Assembly (NCBI RefSeq): GCF_009914755.1
Contig: NC_060939.1
Length of the DNA stretch: 64,000 nt
From: the human T2T-CHM13v2.0 reference genome, Homo sapiens
Direction: 5' to 3' (one strand)
Positions 1 to 15,389 of this stretch are shown here, piece after piece; the first letter of the stretch is position 1; every line of letters begins with the position of its first letter. The notes beneath the pieces are model-generated. The model made no database searches and was not told the DNA's origin. It saw only the letters and a list, made by a program, of their open reading frames with translations. The translations under genes and the position numbers were made by a program.

Positions 1-2213
1 TGGTGATAATGTAGATTGAGTACGGTTCTTGATGGGATAAATGGTGCTGTTGGGTCTCTGGTAGAACAAAGGGCTAAATTTCATGGCATATCTACGAAGT
101 GTTCTATTGCCGGCTACCAAAGAGCAAAGGGGCACATTTTGAGGGCAAGAGGTACTCATTGTACTTTGAGGTACTTAGATCTTATGAGTTATTGTTGTGG
201 TTATGACAGTTTGGCCTAGGAAGAGATTGGCCATTAAAGGTGTAGCTTCATGCCAGGTATCTCCCACAACTATTAGGAATCAAAGTCTCCTCGTGGTTTA
301 ATAGCTGCCAACAGTGTAATGATACCTTGCCTTCTGCTTGACTTGGAAGGACAGGTGCCTGCAGCCCCAGGAGGGGTTAGAACTGAGTCCCTCCTCTGGG
401 AAGATGATCTTAGTTCATGCTTTAGGAAATGGAACTTGCAGGGCTGGAGGAGAATGGGTGTGAGTCTAGGGTCAGCTCAGGCAGCATTAAACTTCAGCAG
501 CTTATTCCTGCAAAACAGTGGCCTTGTGGTGAGCTGTTCATTGGCTCTTGATTTTCTGCTCTGTGCTCTGCTCATCCTGTGCTTTCAGCTGATCCCAGCA
601 GATGCAGTATAAATTGATTTCTCTGTAATTAGATCAGCTGCAGCAGGGAATACCTATTTCCATATGTAAGTGTTAATAAATAAAGGCTGGATGTGTATGT
701 TTGGGTGGTGGTGCCCTCTTAGTGCCTGTATTCCAGTGGTAGCTCATGCTTTCTTTGCTGTCGGTATTTTGGTCTTTGCCTCTGGCACATCTGTAGCTCT
801 TAGCAACATCTGGGCTTCTCCAGTAGCAGGTCTGTGAGTTTCTTCCGCTAATAATACAGTGGCTCATTCCCTTTTACCAGTGGCAGCTGCCAGAGAGGCT
901 GCCTGTGTTTAGGTGGCAGATGCTATAGTCCACTTCAGCAGAGTCAGGTTCCAGCTGGTTACTAGCTTGGCTCATCCTGTGCTGGCTGTGATTTGCTATT
1001 TTCTCTCGGGTACAGATGGATAATACTGTTTTAAAGAGGCTTAGGAGTACTAGCAGTTGTTGCTTCTGTTCCAGGCCCATTAGACTGTTCCCTACATCTG
1101 GCTTCAAGAAACTCTTGCCATATATCCATATTCATAATCATTATTCTTCCTGTGCTAAAAAGTACTTCTGAGGATGACCTTCATTCTCCTATCTAAATTT
1201 TAGAGTACTTATGTTGCAACCTTCTAAGCCCAGTGATAGTCTGTGGATGAAAGGATTAATATTGCTTAGCTTTATGTTGGATTTAAGTGTAAATGTCCAT
1301 GATTGTCTCTAACAGAGAAGCAAATGGAACCCATTTTCTCACATAGAGGTGCAGGGACTGATTGGGTGGCTGCCCTTCAGATTATAATTGGGCTGAAAGA
1401 TGCAGTATGTTCAGCTAAGAATACATCCTGGTGCCAGGGAGTTTTGTCCCTTAATAATGTTGCTTTGCCATATAAGCTTTGCCTCCCAGGGAGACTCTGA
1501 GAATGGGGCAGCAGAATGAGAAAGAAAAGGGAAAGAGACTGTGCTTCAGTTTTTGAAAGATAGAGAAAATTGCTGGCAATTACTTTTAGAAGCAGAAAAT
1601 TTGCTATACAGTTTCATGTAACCATAAGCAAGAACCTGCTTTCTCAATTCCTTCCCCTGTTCCCTCAACCCTTTTGGACAGTCTGGTCCTGAGGGTGCCT
1701 TTCCATATTACCTTTGGCTATTGAAATAAATAATTATTTAAATAAATGTTTGGAAGTTGCTAGGAGATTAAAACATGCTGTGCAGGGAGAGAACATTTCT
1801 GGACTGGGAGGAGCAGAAGAGGCAAGTTAAAGGAAAGGAAGTTAGGAACCATGCAGAGGAGCGGTTTTTGAGAAACAACAATCTCCGGTTTGGGGCATAA
1901 TAGGTGCTCAGTGAGTATTTGATGATTAGTACTATAATTTATAAGCAAAGTCTTTGAAAACTTCTTTAAAATTTTCTCTCTGAGAAATGGGCTTGCCTGT
2001 GGTTTGGGACGTTTCTATGTAGGGATAACAAACAGAACCAAAATAGCAAAACAGATGTTTTGATATAATCTAAGAATTGCATCCTCTCAACTGGGAACTG
2101 TCATGAAGAGGAAGAACTCATAAAATTTGGGAAGTTTCTTGACTGAATTCTGTGGTGCAGAGTAGCAGTGTTGACTACTAGCCAATGAGGAAGATTTGAA
2201 TATTGAAATTACT

Positions 2214-2510
<297 letters not shown>

Positions 2511-3699
2511 AGAAATTATCTATCTCATGTTCTTCTTTGTGAAGGTAGATATCTCAGGCTATGGCCTGGGAAATTTTCTGTCAGACAAGGATGTGGATTT
2601 CCCTTCATGGGATCCCACTTTTGCTCGACCATACCTTCCTCTGACAGAGTGAGCTCTGTGCTGTTTCCCAGAGTTCTAGGAGAGACCAGAGATGGCTCTT
2701 AGCAACTGCTGCTGCTCTGAATTGTTATTGAACACTTCTGCCTCATACTTCCTGCCAGCTGAAGAGATGGGGGAGGGAATGTTGAGGAATAAACAAGACA
2801 GAGCCTTCCAGCTCTTGCCTGTTCCCTTGCCTTTAGTTTGATTGATGGATTGTTAAGTTAGGGATGGAAGGGGAGGTAGGGAGGAGGGCAGGCGCCTGTC
2901 TGAGTGTCCTGAGCTTAGTGCTTATGTCGCCACTCTGACAGGCAAGAAAAAAGGAATTTACAAACCACAGATGGCAACGATCTATCTGTGCTGACTTTGT
3001 CAGGGCTTACGACCAGGAGTTTAAGGTGAGACTCCTTCTTTTCCCCCAAATCATATAAAATAGCCAAGTAGGCTCTAGTAGTTAAAGAAAGGATCTAGAA
3101 GTTTCTAACCAGAAGCTCCCCCTCACATGTCTTTAGCTGCTGCTTTTGATCTTGCAAGGTAGGAACACTGCACTTTGCTTTTCCCGTGTTTGAATGTCAG
3201 CTTCTGCTGCTTTCAGAATGCTGCATATATTTACCACTTCCCCCATTAGTTTAGGATACAAAGAAAACCATAAAGTGTGCTCTTTGCTCTTTCAACTTCT
3301 GATCATGCATGCTATCATATCCTGTGTTCTTAAGAGCATCTTCCTTTGCCATTGGTTTTGTATTCCTGCCCTAATTTGTGCCTTCTAGCTTAGTTCTCTT
3401 GTATTGTAGTCCCTCATTGCCTAACCAAGGTCAGGTCTCTTTTATTCCTTCTGATCCAAGGCTTTCTTAACGCCTTCTTCCACTAGCTGTTATTTCTCAG
3501 CTATTGATGGCAGAGCAGTCAGCTTTGCTTCCTGAAACCAAATGCCCTCAAGATTTTCCTTCATGGAAAACATTAAAAAGAAGTTGATATTTATGTGGGA
3601 CAGAGTTGCATTCTGTAACTACAAGCTTAATTTATTTTTTCATTCAGAAACTCTGTTTTCCTTCTAGGTGTTGTAATTCAAGGCAGTTCCAGAGAAAGA

Positions 3700-3820
3700 T
3701 TATCTTGTCCAATTTCCTCATTTTATAGAAGAAACTAAGACCAGTGAAGTCCTGTGACTTGCCCAGCATCTCACAGGTAGTCACTGGCAAAGCCAGATTT
3801 GTAGACACCAAATTCTTATG
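3700..3820 (-). mobile_element. MIR fragment
   Basis: MIR core: ttttatagaagaaactaaga...gacttgccca. Confidence 0.7.
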
Positions 3821-3911
3821 GCATGTTGTTACTCTGGGATTCTTAACAAATCTTTAACTGTCAGGAAGGATTCTCAATTTTCCCACTTTATTTGTTATTT
3901 TCTTAGTATTA

Positions 3912-4210
3912 TTATTTTCGAGATGGAGACTCACTCTGTCACCCAGGCTGGAGTGCAGTGGCACGATCTCGGCTCATTGCAGCCTCTGCCTCTGATTCAA
4001 GCGATTCTCCTGCCTTAGCTCCCCGAGTAGCTGGGATTACAAGTGCATACCACCATGCCTGGCTAGTTTTTTTTTTTTTTTTTTAATTTTAGTAGGGATA
4101 GGGGTTCACCATGTTGGCCAGGCTGGTCTCAAATTCCTGACTTCAAGTGATCCACCTGCTTCGGCCTCCCAGAGTGCTGAGATTACAGGCATGAGCCACC
4201 ACACCCAGCC
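3912..4210 (-). mobile_element. AluS
   Basis: Full reverse-complement Alu. Confidence 0.9.
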
Positions 4211-4220
4211 TATTTGCTTA

Positions 4221-4388
4221 TTTTTAAGGCAGGGTCTCGCTATGTTGCCAATGCTGATCTTGAACTCCTGGGCTTATGCACTTCTGCCTTGGCCTCACTT
4301 ATGCACTTCTGCCTTGGTCTCACTTATGCACTTCTGCCTTGGCCTCGCAAGTAGCTGGGACTACAAGTGTGTGCCACCACACCCAGCC
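4221..4388 (-). mobile_element. FLAM-like Alu monomer with internal 3x25-bp tandem repeat
   Basis: Monomer sequence; unit CTTATGCACTTCTGCCTTGGCCTCA at 4273, 4298, 4323. Confidence 0.85.
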
Positions 4389-4884
4389 ATTTTTTCAATG
4401 TAAAGACTACCTTGAAACATTAGATGAAAATGCTTACATACTCCAAAATTGCTTTTACCCCAAAACTGCTTTCACTTGTTTTTCACAGTGACTTTAACAT
4501 TGTAGACACTCAATAAACAAAGGATCTTTGAGTTTAGGATTTTAGGTAAGGTAATGAATGATGTTTGCAAAGAATAACCATTACAGCTGGCACTGAACCT
4601 ATCCTGTTATTTATAAAGAAGGAAAGTTACTTTAAAACTGCTACTTTGAGCTTGACTACTTATGATATATGTGTGTGTGTTCTGGAATATTTCATCCAGC
4701 CAAATTTTCATTATAATAATTGAGGAATAGTTCTTTCTTTACTTGGCAATTGCAGGTAAGAAAAAAACCCTGTTCTAGTGCTTCTTCCTTGGACACATCA
4801 CTAATAGGCAGACCTTCAAATGTATTGTGGATATTACTAAGTATTTTGTAGAGAAGATATACTGTTGGCTAATTGTTATCACTT

Positions 4885-5004
4885 TTCATTCAGTCAGTAC
4901 ATTAATTGAATGCATTTTAGATACTAGGTTTTCTACTTGGTATTGGGTATACACTGGTAAATAAAACAGAGATGGTCTCTGCTTTTTGAGGAGCTTACAG
5001 TTTA
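4885..5004 (-). mobile_element. L2 3' end
   Basis: ttcattcag...aaataaaacagagatggtctctgct...ggagcttacagt. Confidence 0.65.
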
Positions 5005-5011
5005 CCGTCTA

Positions 5012-5188
5012 CAGCAGAGTTCCTAAAAGTGTGTCCCATAAAACCATGTACATCACCAGAGTATCAAAAATGCACATTCTTGGACCCTACCCTAGATATG
5101 CCGAATAAGTTTTTGGGGTAAGGGCCCAGAAATCTGTACTTCCAGAAGTCTCTCCAGATAATTGCTATATACATCAAAGTTTGAGAAT
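5012..5188. mobile_element. MER5-like hAT-Charlie MITE
   Basis: aaaatgcacattcttggaccctaccc...gggcccagaaatctg...aaagtttgagaa. Confidence 0.7.
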
Positions 5189-5576
5189 TTTCCTTTCAAG
5201 GTAAGTATTCGGGGCCACTTCTCATTTAAAACACCAGCCTTCTAAACTTGAATTTCACATCAACTCTTATGTATAATTTAGTGGCTAAAAGCGTAAACTC
5301 TAGCCAGGCCTCCTGGCTTGAGCCTGGGAGGTTGAGGCTGCAGTAGTGAGCTGTGATCGCACTAGTGCACTCCAGCCTGGGCAACAGAGTGAGACTCCGT
5401 CTCAAAAAAATAATAATAATAAATTTTTTAAAAAGTGTGAACTCTGGAGCCAGACTACCTGGCTTTGTTTCCTACCTTTGCACTTATTTACTGAGTGATC
5501 TTGACCAAGTTTCTTAATTGTTCTTCCTCAGTTTTCTTATCTGCAAAATGAGAGAAATAGCACCTACATAAGTTTG

Positions 5577-6173
<597 letters not shown>

Positions 6174-8114
6174 TTAGATTAAGTTAGCTAATTCATATAA
6201 AACACTTAGTGCCTGGCACGTAGGAAGCATTCAATAAATATTAGAAAAAAGAAAAATACAGTTTGAGTGGAAATTGGTCTTAGTCTCTCCTAGGCAATAA
6301 TGTACTGAAATACAACAACATTCCACTTTACAGGAATCCCAGTATGAATAGATATACATGTTAGCTAAGACTTTTTAGCACTATGGTCTGAAGAAGTTCC
6401 AAATCTAGGCTGGGAAATTTTCATGGTGGTGATGTGTTCTAAAGCCCCTGATAATTATAGTTGGAGGTGGGGGGAAGACCAAAAATTAGCTTAGGGCATA
6501 TTGAAGTGGCCTGTTGAATTTCAGACTTCATATGAATCGAGCTTCTTTTCTGGCCATATCCCTGGCATGGGGTTGGGTATGTTGGATAGATGTTACTGTG
6601 GTTTTGCCGGAATATGCAATCTCACGGACACTGGAGTAGTGCTAAGTGTTTTTGTTTCTACACAAGACTGCATGGAAAAAATCTAAGTCTTAGCCCTTAA
6701 TCTTCCTCCCCCAGTGTGAACTTGTATTTTTGCCATTTGGGTATAAGAGCTTTTACCAGCAGAGCTCATCCAGGGAGGCAGCAGGGCTTGGGATGTGGCA
6801 GTAACATACACAGCTGAGATCCTGCCACTGCTGGCTGTCTGAGCCCTCTCTCTGTGGTTTTCACTCTTCAAGCCATGCTTGAGTAACCCGCCTCCAGAGC
6901 TGCTGACAGGGCTGTGTTCAGAGGCCTTGGAAATTACACTGTTCATTTCCTTATCATCCCCTGACCTGCAGTGCAGAGCCTTCTGGTGCAGGAACAAGGC
7001 AGAAAAAATCCAGACGGCTCCCAGCCAGCATGTGTCAAGAGCTACAAAGAAGGAAATTGGACTTGCTCACTTAAAAACCATGGGGTTAGGCTTTGATTTT
7101 CAGTTCCTGTGGAGAGTTATTTGTGTGTATGAGCATGTTGTATCTCTGTGTATATGTATAGAATGAGTCTGTGCGTGGCAAAGCTGTGGAGGAGGACCAT
7201 TTGAAATAGAGAGCAGAGGGAAGATGGCTTTTCTCTTCACTTAATTTCCCAGTTGTGCCATTGGGGTGGGCCTGGAACCATTAGCATCAGGAAGGTGCCA
7301 GACCATATTAATATTTTAAAATATATTTCTCTCGGTACAGTTTAGTCATGGTTCAGAGCACCCACAGAAGAACCTTTCCTGGCTGACCGAGGAGACATTT
7401 TTAACAAATCCTATTCCCTAAAGTCATTCATCCTAGATGACATTGACATAGTCAATATTTAAGCTGCCTAAGAAAGTGTAGACTTTGGGTCAGTCCTGGG
7501 TAAGAGCAATAGCTCTTTTGAGATGAAGGATAGTGTGATAAAAGAGAGACCTTTGTGATAGCTAAGGTGAACTAAGGAGGAATTTGGAGCATTTTGAGAT
7601 TTTCTGTTCACAGGGCAAAGTTCTATTATATTTTAAGAGCCCATCCTTGTTTTGGGGGTTGGTATTACAAAGCAATCTACTTTTCTTTTGGCATCTGTTG
7701 CTCAAGGAGGCCCAAAGGAAGGACTTCAGGCTGAAGTAAAATGTGAGCAGTAAGAAGTTCTTAGCAAAGTTTATAAATATTCTGTCCTTAATTTTCCTTT
7801 TTCTGGATTTCATGTGCCTTCATGTTAGTGGTGCCATTGAAGCCTTTGTGAAGTGGGGAGAAAAAAAATAAATCTTTAAGCTGTCAGACCCTGGAGGTGT
7901 TTTAAACCCTAAGTGTCTGTCTTGTTGAAAGTACTCTGTAGAGAAGTGTCTTCACATAAGGTGATAGCTAAGGTGAGAGGGGACTACTTTCTTTTCCCTT
8001 CATATAAATTAGTGGGCCCTGTATCAGCAGCAAATGAGAATTCGATAAAAATTTGGATCTCAGACCTCCTCCCAGTCCCTAAAGTTAGAAACTCTAGGCT
8101 TGAGACCCAGCAAA

Positions 8115-8423
8115 TTTTTTTTTTTTTTTTTTTTTTGAGACAGGGTCTCACTTTGTTGCCCAGGCTGGAATACAGTGGCACAATCAAGGCTCACTGCAGC
8201 CTCAACCTCCCATGCTCAAGTGATTCTCCTACCTCACTTCCTACCTCCCCAGTAGCTGGGACTACAGGTGTGTGCCATCACGCCCAACTAATTTTTAAAT
8301 TTTTTTTAGAGACGGGGTCTTACTATGTTGTTCAGGCTAGTCTTGAACTCCTAACTTCAAGCGATCCTCCTGCCTTGGCCTCCCAAAGTGTTGGGATTAC
8401 AGGTGTAAGCCACTGTGCCCAGC
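8115..8423 (-). mobile_element. AluJ
   Basis: Reverse Alu with poly-T. Confidence 0.9.
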
Positions 8424-8717
8424 TGAGACCCAACAATTTGCGTTTTAACATTAGCTGTCCTGTTGATTGTGATACACACTAAAGTTTGATATCTACTATT
8501 GTAGAGCACCCTTCCCTCTTAATAGTGAAATTGAAATTACCAAAAACTTTAAAATGTAACGCTGGGCAGTAGGTATGATTTTTTTCTTTTAAAAATATCC
8601 TTATATATCTTTAACTCTTTGTGGACAAACTGACAGGAACCTAAAATTGGAATGAATATCTAAGGGCTTAGGACTTTCAGAGCAGAAGAGCAGAAAAGAT
8701 ATTCAAAAAAGACCCAC

Positions 8718-8855
8718 TTTTCTCATCTGAATGGAGGAAGTAAATAATAGTACTGACCTCATAGGGTTATTGTGAGGATTAAATGAGATGAAAAGAGTTA
8801 AGCATTCAGCACAGTGCCTAGCATTATAGTAAGTAACCAATAAATGTTAGCTGTT
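8718..8855 (+). mobile_element. MIR 3' half
   Basis: acctcatagggttattgtgaggattaaatgag...caataaatgttagc. Confidence 0.85.
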
Positions 8856-9357
8856 GCTGATGTTACTGTTCTTAGCTTTGAGGTGCAAGGTCATTGTGAA
8901 ATTAAGGAGAAAGGATATCCTTAGAGACTTTGAAGAATTAATCCCCTGAAGGCTTTGGAAAACAATGAATTTATGATAGCTAATATTCCAGCTCCTACTG
9001 ATTTCCAAGAAGGCTTCAGGGAGAGATTGATTCAGAGCATTTGGAGGCATTGAAGTTTGGGGTTTTGTTGTTTGATTGGTCAGTTTGGAAGTGTGTGTTG
9101 GACTTCTTTTGGCAGAGGGCTGATCTCAGGTTGAGAACCATGGCTTTTGTTTATTCTCCATTAAGGTCAGTTTCTTTGGTATATAACCAACTTCTTCTGA
9201 ATTATTTTCCTAAGAATTGAAATGAAGATAACATGATTGTTTTCATACAGGAAGTTTCTTTCCTCTCTCTGCTAATCCTTGTAAGGTACAGACTAGTCTT
9301 TTGAAGGGATTAGCAGAGGTAGCCAGAACAGTCAAGAGAAGAATGAGGATTGAAGTA

Positions 9358-10113
9358 CTGTAGTCCCCCCAACCTTATCCTTGTTTTTGCTCTCTGTGAT
9401 TTCAGTTACCCTCAGACAACCAAGATGTGAAAATATTAAATGGAAAATTCCAGAGATAAATAAATCACTAAGTTTTAAACACTACATTATTCACCCCATT
9501 TCATCTCATCCCATAGGCATTTTATCATCTCACATCATCACAAAGAGGGTGAGTACAGTACAATATTTTGATAGAAAGAAAAAGACACCATATTCACATA
9601 ACTTTCATCACAACACATTGTTATAATTTTTTTTTCTTTTTTTTTTTTTTTTAACAGACAGGGTCTCCCTCTGTTGCCTAGGCTGCAGTGCAGTAGTATG
9701 ATCACAGCTCAGTGCAGCCTCAAACTCCTGGCCTCAAGTGGTCTTCCTGCCTCAGCCTCCCGAGTAGCAGGGACTGCAGGCATATATCACCACATCGGGC
9801 TAATTTTTAATTTTTTTTATACAGTTGGGATCTTACTGGTTGTCCAGGCTGGTCTGAAACTCCTGGGCTCAAGTGATTCCCCCTGCCTCAGCCTCCCAAA
9901 GTGCTGGGATTACAGGTGTGAGTGACCATGCTCACAACCTGTGTCTTACTGCTCACACCTGCTCTTACTGTGTCTAATTTATAAATTAAACTTTATCATA
10001 GGTACGTACGTAGAGGAAAAAACCTAGTATATGTAGGGTTCGATAATATCTGCCATTTCAGACATCTACTGGGGGTTTTTGAATGTATGTCTTGTGCTTA
10101 AAAGGAGGCTACT
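9358..10113 (+). mobile_element. MER44 (TcMar-Tigger7 family) interrupted by AluJ (9627-9935, -)
   Basis: Left end ctgtagtcccccc...cttatcc, internal aaaatattaaatggaaaattccaga, right end gggggtttttgaatgtat...ggaggctact. Confidence 0.8.
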
Positions 10114-10559
10114 ACTTTTTTGTGAGGAAATAAAAAAGACAGTTTTTAGATGTTTTGAGGTGGTCAGGTTTTACCCTAAAATGTTTGTTGTCCATTGGGA
10201 TGTGACAATTTGACTGTGCACCTGTGAAATACTCTAATTGCTTTTTAAATTTAAGACTGCTGGGTTACAGCCCTAGTGGCAAATACTAGATTATGTTTTG
10301 ATGAGCCAGACCTGGGCATTAAATCCTTTCTTGGGCTCTGTTTTCATTTGGTAATGAGTTCTTTTTTATTTTTATATTTATCTTTTATTGTTTTATTTTA
10401 CAAGTTTCCACATAGCATTGATTTTTTTTTTTTTTTGGTTCCTTCATTTTAAAAAGTTTTTATAAACTGGTACCTAACTCATCCAGCTCAGAGTTGATAT
10501 TTCCTGGCTTATGTGTTGCTTTTTTTTTCTTTTTTGTTTCTTCAGAAGTCAGGTACTTA

Positions 10560-10930
<371 letters not shown>

Positions 10931-11145
10931 GGAGGTATATATAGTCGTCATACTTAGACCAACCAAATCAGCATACTGAATGTATCCTATAACATCTGAA
11001 TGTTACAGAAATTAACATTCAGGTTGCAGAGTTTCTTGGTCGTGAGACAGCTTAGGGTACGTATCAGAGTCACTTCTGGAGGTTTTACAAAGTATAAGTG
11101 TCCTACTGGATAAAATCTTTGTGGCTGGAGACTCCAAGCATGTAA

Positions 11146-11444
<299 letters not shown>

Positions 11445-12257
11445 ACTTTTTTTTTTTTAAGTTCAACAGGTGCTTGTAATGTTCTTCTTGGTTAAAAATC
11501 ACTATCATGTGAAAAGGACTCTCCTTTTTCATTGCTCAGTGTACAGGATGCTTATGTTGGGGTCAGGCATTTCGGAATTCAACTATAATGAACCTGATTT
11601 CTCATTATCACCTTAATTAGGAGAATTAATTATTGAATTTCTGACAGCCTTTAAGGTAGAGCATCCATATTTGTGTTACTAATTCAGTTTTAAATTATTG
11701 TTCCAGAATTTTTAAGGCAAATTTAAGCAAAATTCTTATGAGTAGATATATTTGCCACATATAGGCTATTTGAGCTTTTTTTTCTATGTAGATTAGAAAG
11801 GGGCAGAAGACAGATTTGGATAATCAAAATTTATGGCTAATCCAAAACCAGTCTCTTTTCTCATTGGTTTGTGAATGTATTTCTGTGCTTATATTGGATA
11901 ATAGGTGTTCCTAATTTTCTGGAAATTCATGACATTTGAAAATAAAATAATGTAGCAATACAAAAAAGACCTTATTCCTGAGTCTGCTTCTGGATGCATT
12001 CAAAGTAAACATGCTGTTTTAGGAAGAGGAAATATCGCATCACAGAAATAGAACAAGCACCTTATATCATAGTTCTTTGTTGTTGATTTTTTTAAAAATA
12101 AATACAATTTATTTGAAATCAAAAAGAGCATTAATGTTTTGGGGTATAAAGTATTTCCTTGCTGAGATTTTTAAGTCTTATGCCTGAAGAAGAGTAATTA
12201 GAATGCTAATTGTTATCAAAGATGAACACATACCTAATTGTGCAGCAAACTCATACT

Positions 12258-12371
12258 TTTTTAAAAAAAACTTTTAGGTTTAGGGATATGTGTTGCAGGT
12301 TTGTTAGATGGGTAAATTGTGTGTCACATGGGTTTGGCGTGCAGATTATTTCCTCATCCAGGTAATAAGCA
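12258..12371 (-). mobile_element. ~115-bp 5'-truncated L1P 3' terminus
   Basis: L1PA/PB 3'UTR end (gcaggtttgtta...gggtaaattgtgtgtc...agattatttc...caggtaataagca); perfect 14-bp TSD AGCAAACTCATACT at 12244 and 12372. Confidence 0.85.
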
Positions 12372-13240
12372 AGCAAACTCATACTAGAAAACATTGTGGT
12401 ATGTCAAATTTTAGCCAAAATAATAATTACGTAACCTTAAATTCTCATAATAAAATTTTAATAATAAATTAATATAAAAATTTAAAATTTTAAGTGTGGT
12501 TTTTAGTACTGGTACATGCATTACCTATCTATCTTCTCAGAAGTTATATTAATCTGTACTTTAGATGGATCTTTTTTTAGGTTTTGGAGTATCTCAAATT
12601 CATATACCACTGTGAGTAGGAGGAGAAAAAATTGGCAAATGTGGGGAAAAACTCATCATACAAAGTGACTACACATTTATATACACCATATTAGACTAGA
12701 TCTTAATTTCATCACTATGCAGATTCCTAAACATCTGGTAGAGTGTCTGTTTTAGATAAAATATGCCATAAGGCATTTTTCATTTTGCTTGTACATATGT
12801 GCTTGGATTGAGAATGTAGGGATTTGAAATCAAACAAGCTGATTGCTTATTACAATTTCAGAAGGAGACTGAGAAATTCTTTCATTTTTGTTTGCTTCTA
12901 GTATCTCTCCTGTCCTTTCCCATCTCTTAAAAGGATTAGGTTCTAAAGTCAAAGTGTGAGGCACTCAGTCAGAAGTTACCTACAGAATTTCTTAGGATGA
13001 TTTCTTGAAGCTTGACATACTGGCTCCATGAATTCAACACAATCAGTTTTTTCTTTAGCATTGAGACAAGCCATTATTTCTTCAGCTGAGGTCCCCACAT
13101 AAGAGCTGACTTGTGTGAGAGCTAGACTATATTAATGAAAAATATGTATTTGTAAATACTAGAATCACCCTAAGCCTAGTAAAATGCTTATATTATGAGA
13201 GGCACATGGGAGTGGAAACCAGATTAAGGAACAGCCAGCT

Positions 13241-13581
<341 letters not shown>

Positions 13582-14072
13582 TCAATAAGCAGAACAGCTG
13601 TGAGGCCCAAACCATTCAAATTGGTTTTTGTTCCTTTCTTTCTTTTTTTGCCAGTTACATACAGTTGATTTTATAATGTTAAATATTATCCATTTAGTAT
13701 ACAAAGGTATTTTATGACAATAGAGCAAATCTTAGGATCCAGATTCTCTATGTAGTGGAAACTTTGGGTCCATGGAATGAATATAGCTTAATGTAATGAT
13801 TATTGTAATATTTACATTTCAGTTCCAACCTTCATGTTCTTCACAGTGTCCACAAATTCCTTCCCTTTATTTCTGTATAGTAACCTCAGATCTTATCGTT
13901 GAATTGAACAAGAACTATCATGTAGCAGAGCTGTTCTCCTCTTACCAACATAAATATTTCTGAGCCTAGTTTCGCTTTCTTAGGCCCAGTGCCTTTGGTA
14001 GGTCCTTTGAGGTATACCTTTCACCTTCTAGCCTCTTCTCACTTTCACCTTTAGATTCTATCTAAACTATGC

Positions 14073-14366
<294 letters not shown>

Positions 14367-15076
14367 CTTTTTTTTAAAATTTTTTAATCCTGCTTTAATT
14401 TTTTGTTGTTGTTGTTATTTCTGAAATAACATTTTACATTTGTTGTTGGTCTTGTCTTAAGCAAATGGGATTATATTTAGTTATGCAGATTTAGGAAGGG
14501 CTCTTCCTTCCTTCTCAAATAAAAATAACCAGGAAAAAGCAGTCGTTTTCATATGTTCTACCTGGGACATTCATTATAGTCTGGGTACAGCATTGTATGT
14601 ATCTTGAAAACTACTGTACTACCTTTGACAGTGAGGTGTTTTACCCATAGTTCAAAATTGCTGTTACTGCCTAGAGATGACACTGCTGTGAATAGTATAC
14701 CTTATTCGAAGGCTTGGTGCTTTTAGGCATGGACTGGTGGCATCTCTTGGACAAGGCATTGCAATTGCCCTGGAGGACTGGCCAAACAAGTTTTCATGTT
14801 GAAAAGCTGAGTAAAAATGACTCTGGGTGTAGGCCAATATAGTATCACTCGGGAAAAAGAAAAGCACAATATGCCTCTCCCTGGGAAGCAGTTTGGCCAG
14901 GGCAAAGCTCCCAGAAATGGAAATTTAAGCTTGTTGATTTGGGAAACTCTTGGTATTTGCCCCTCAGCCTTTGTGAAATGGATCTTCTTTTTAAAGGGGG
15001 GAGGGGTAGGATAGAGGAGACTTAAAGGCTTAAAATAATGTCCCCTCTGAACCATCTAATCACCTCCTTAGAACTA

Positions 15077-15389
<313 letters not shown>

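Noticed and set aside
4273-4346. CRISPR-like repeat
   Set aside because: No spacers; a head-to-tail tandem inside an Alu monomer in eukaryotic DNA.
6250-8110. 1.9-kb repeat-poor island as a regulatory element
   Set aside because: Plausible, but I saw no distinctive motif cluster or structure to support a call from sequence alone.
7913-8482. Longest ORF (189 aa)
   Set aside because: Reads through poly-T into an antisense AluJ (LPRLEYSG...PPALASQS), a typical Alu-derived pseudo-ORF with a non-ATG start.
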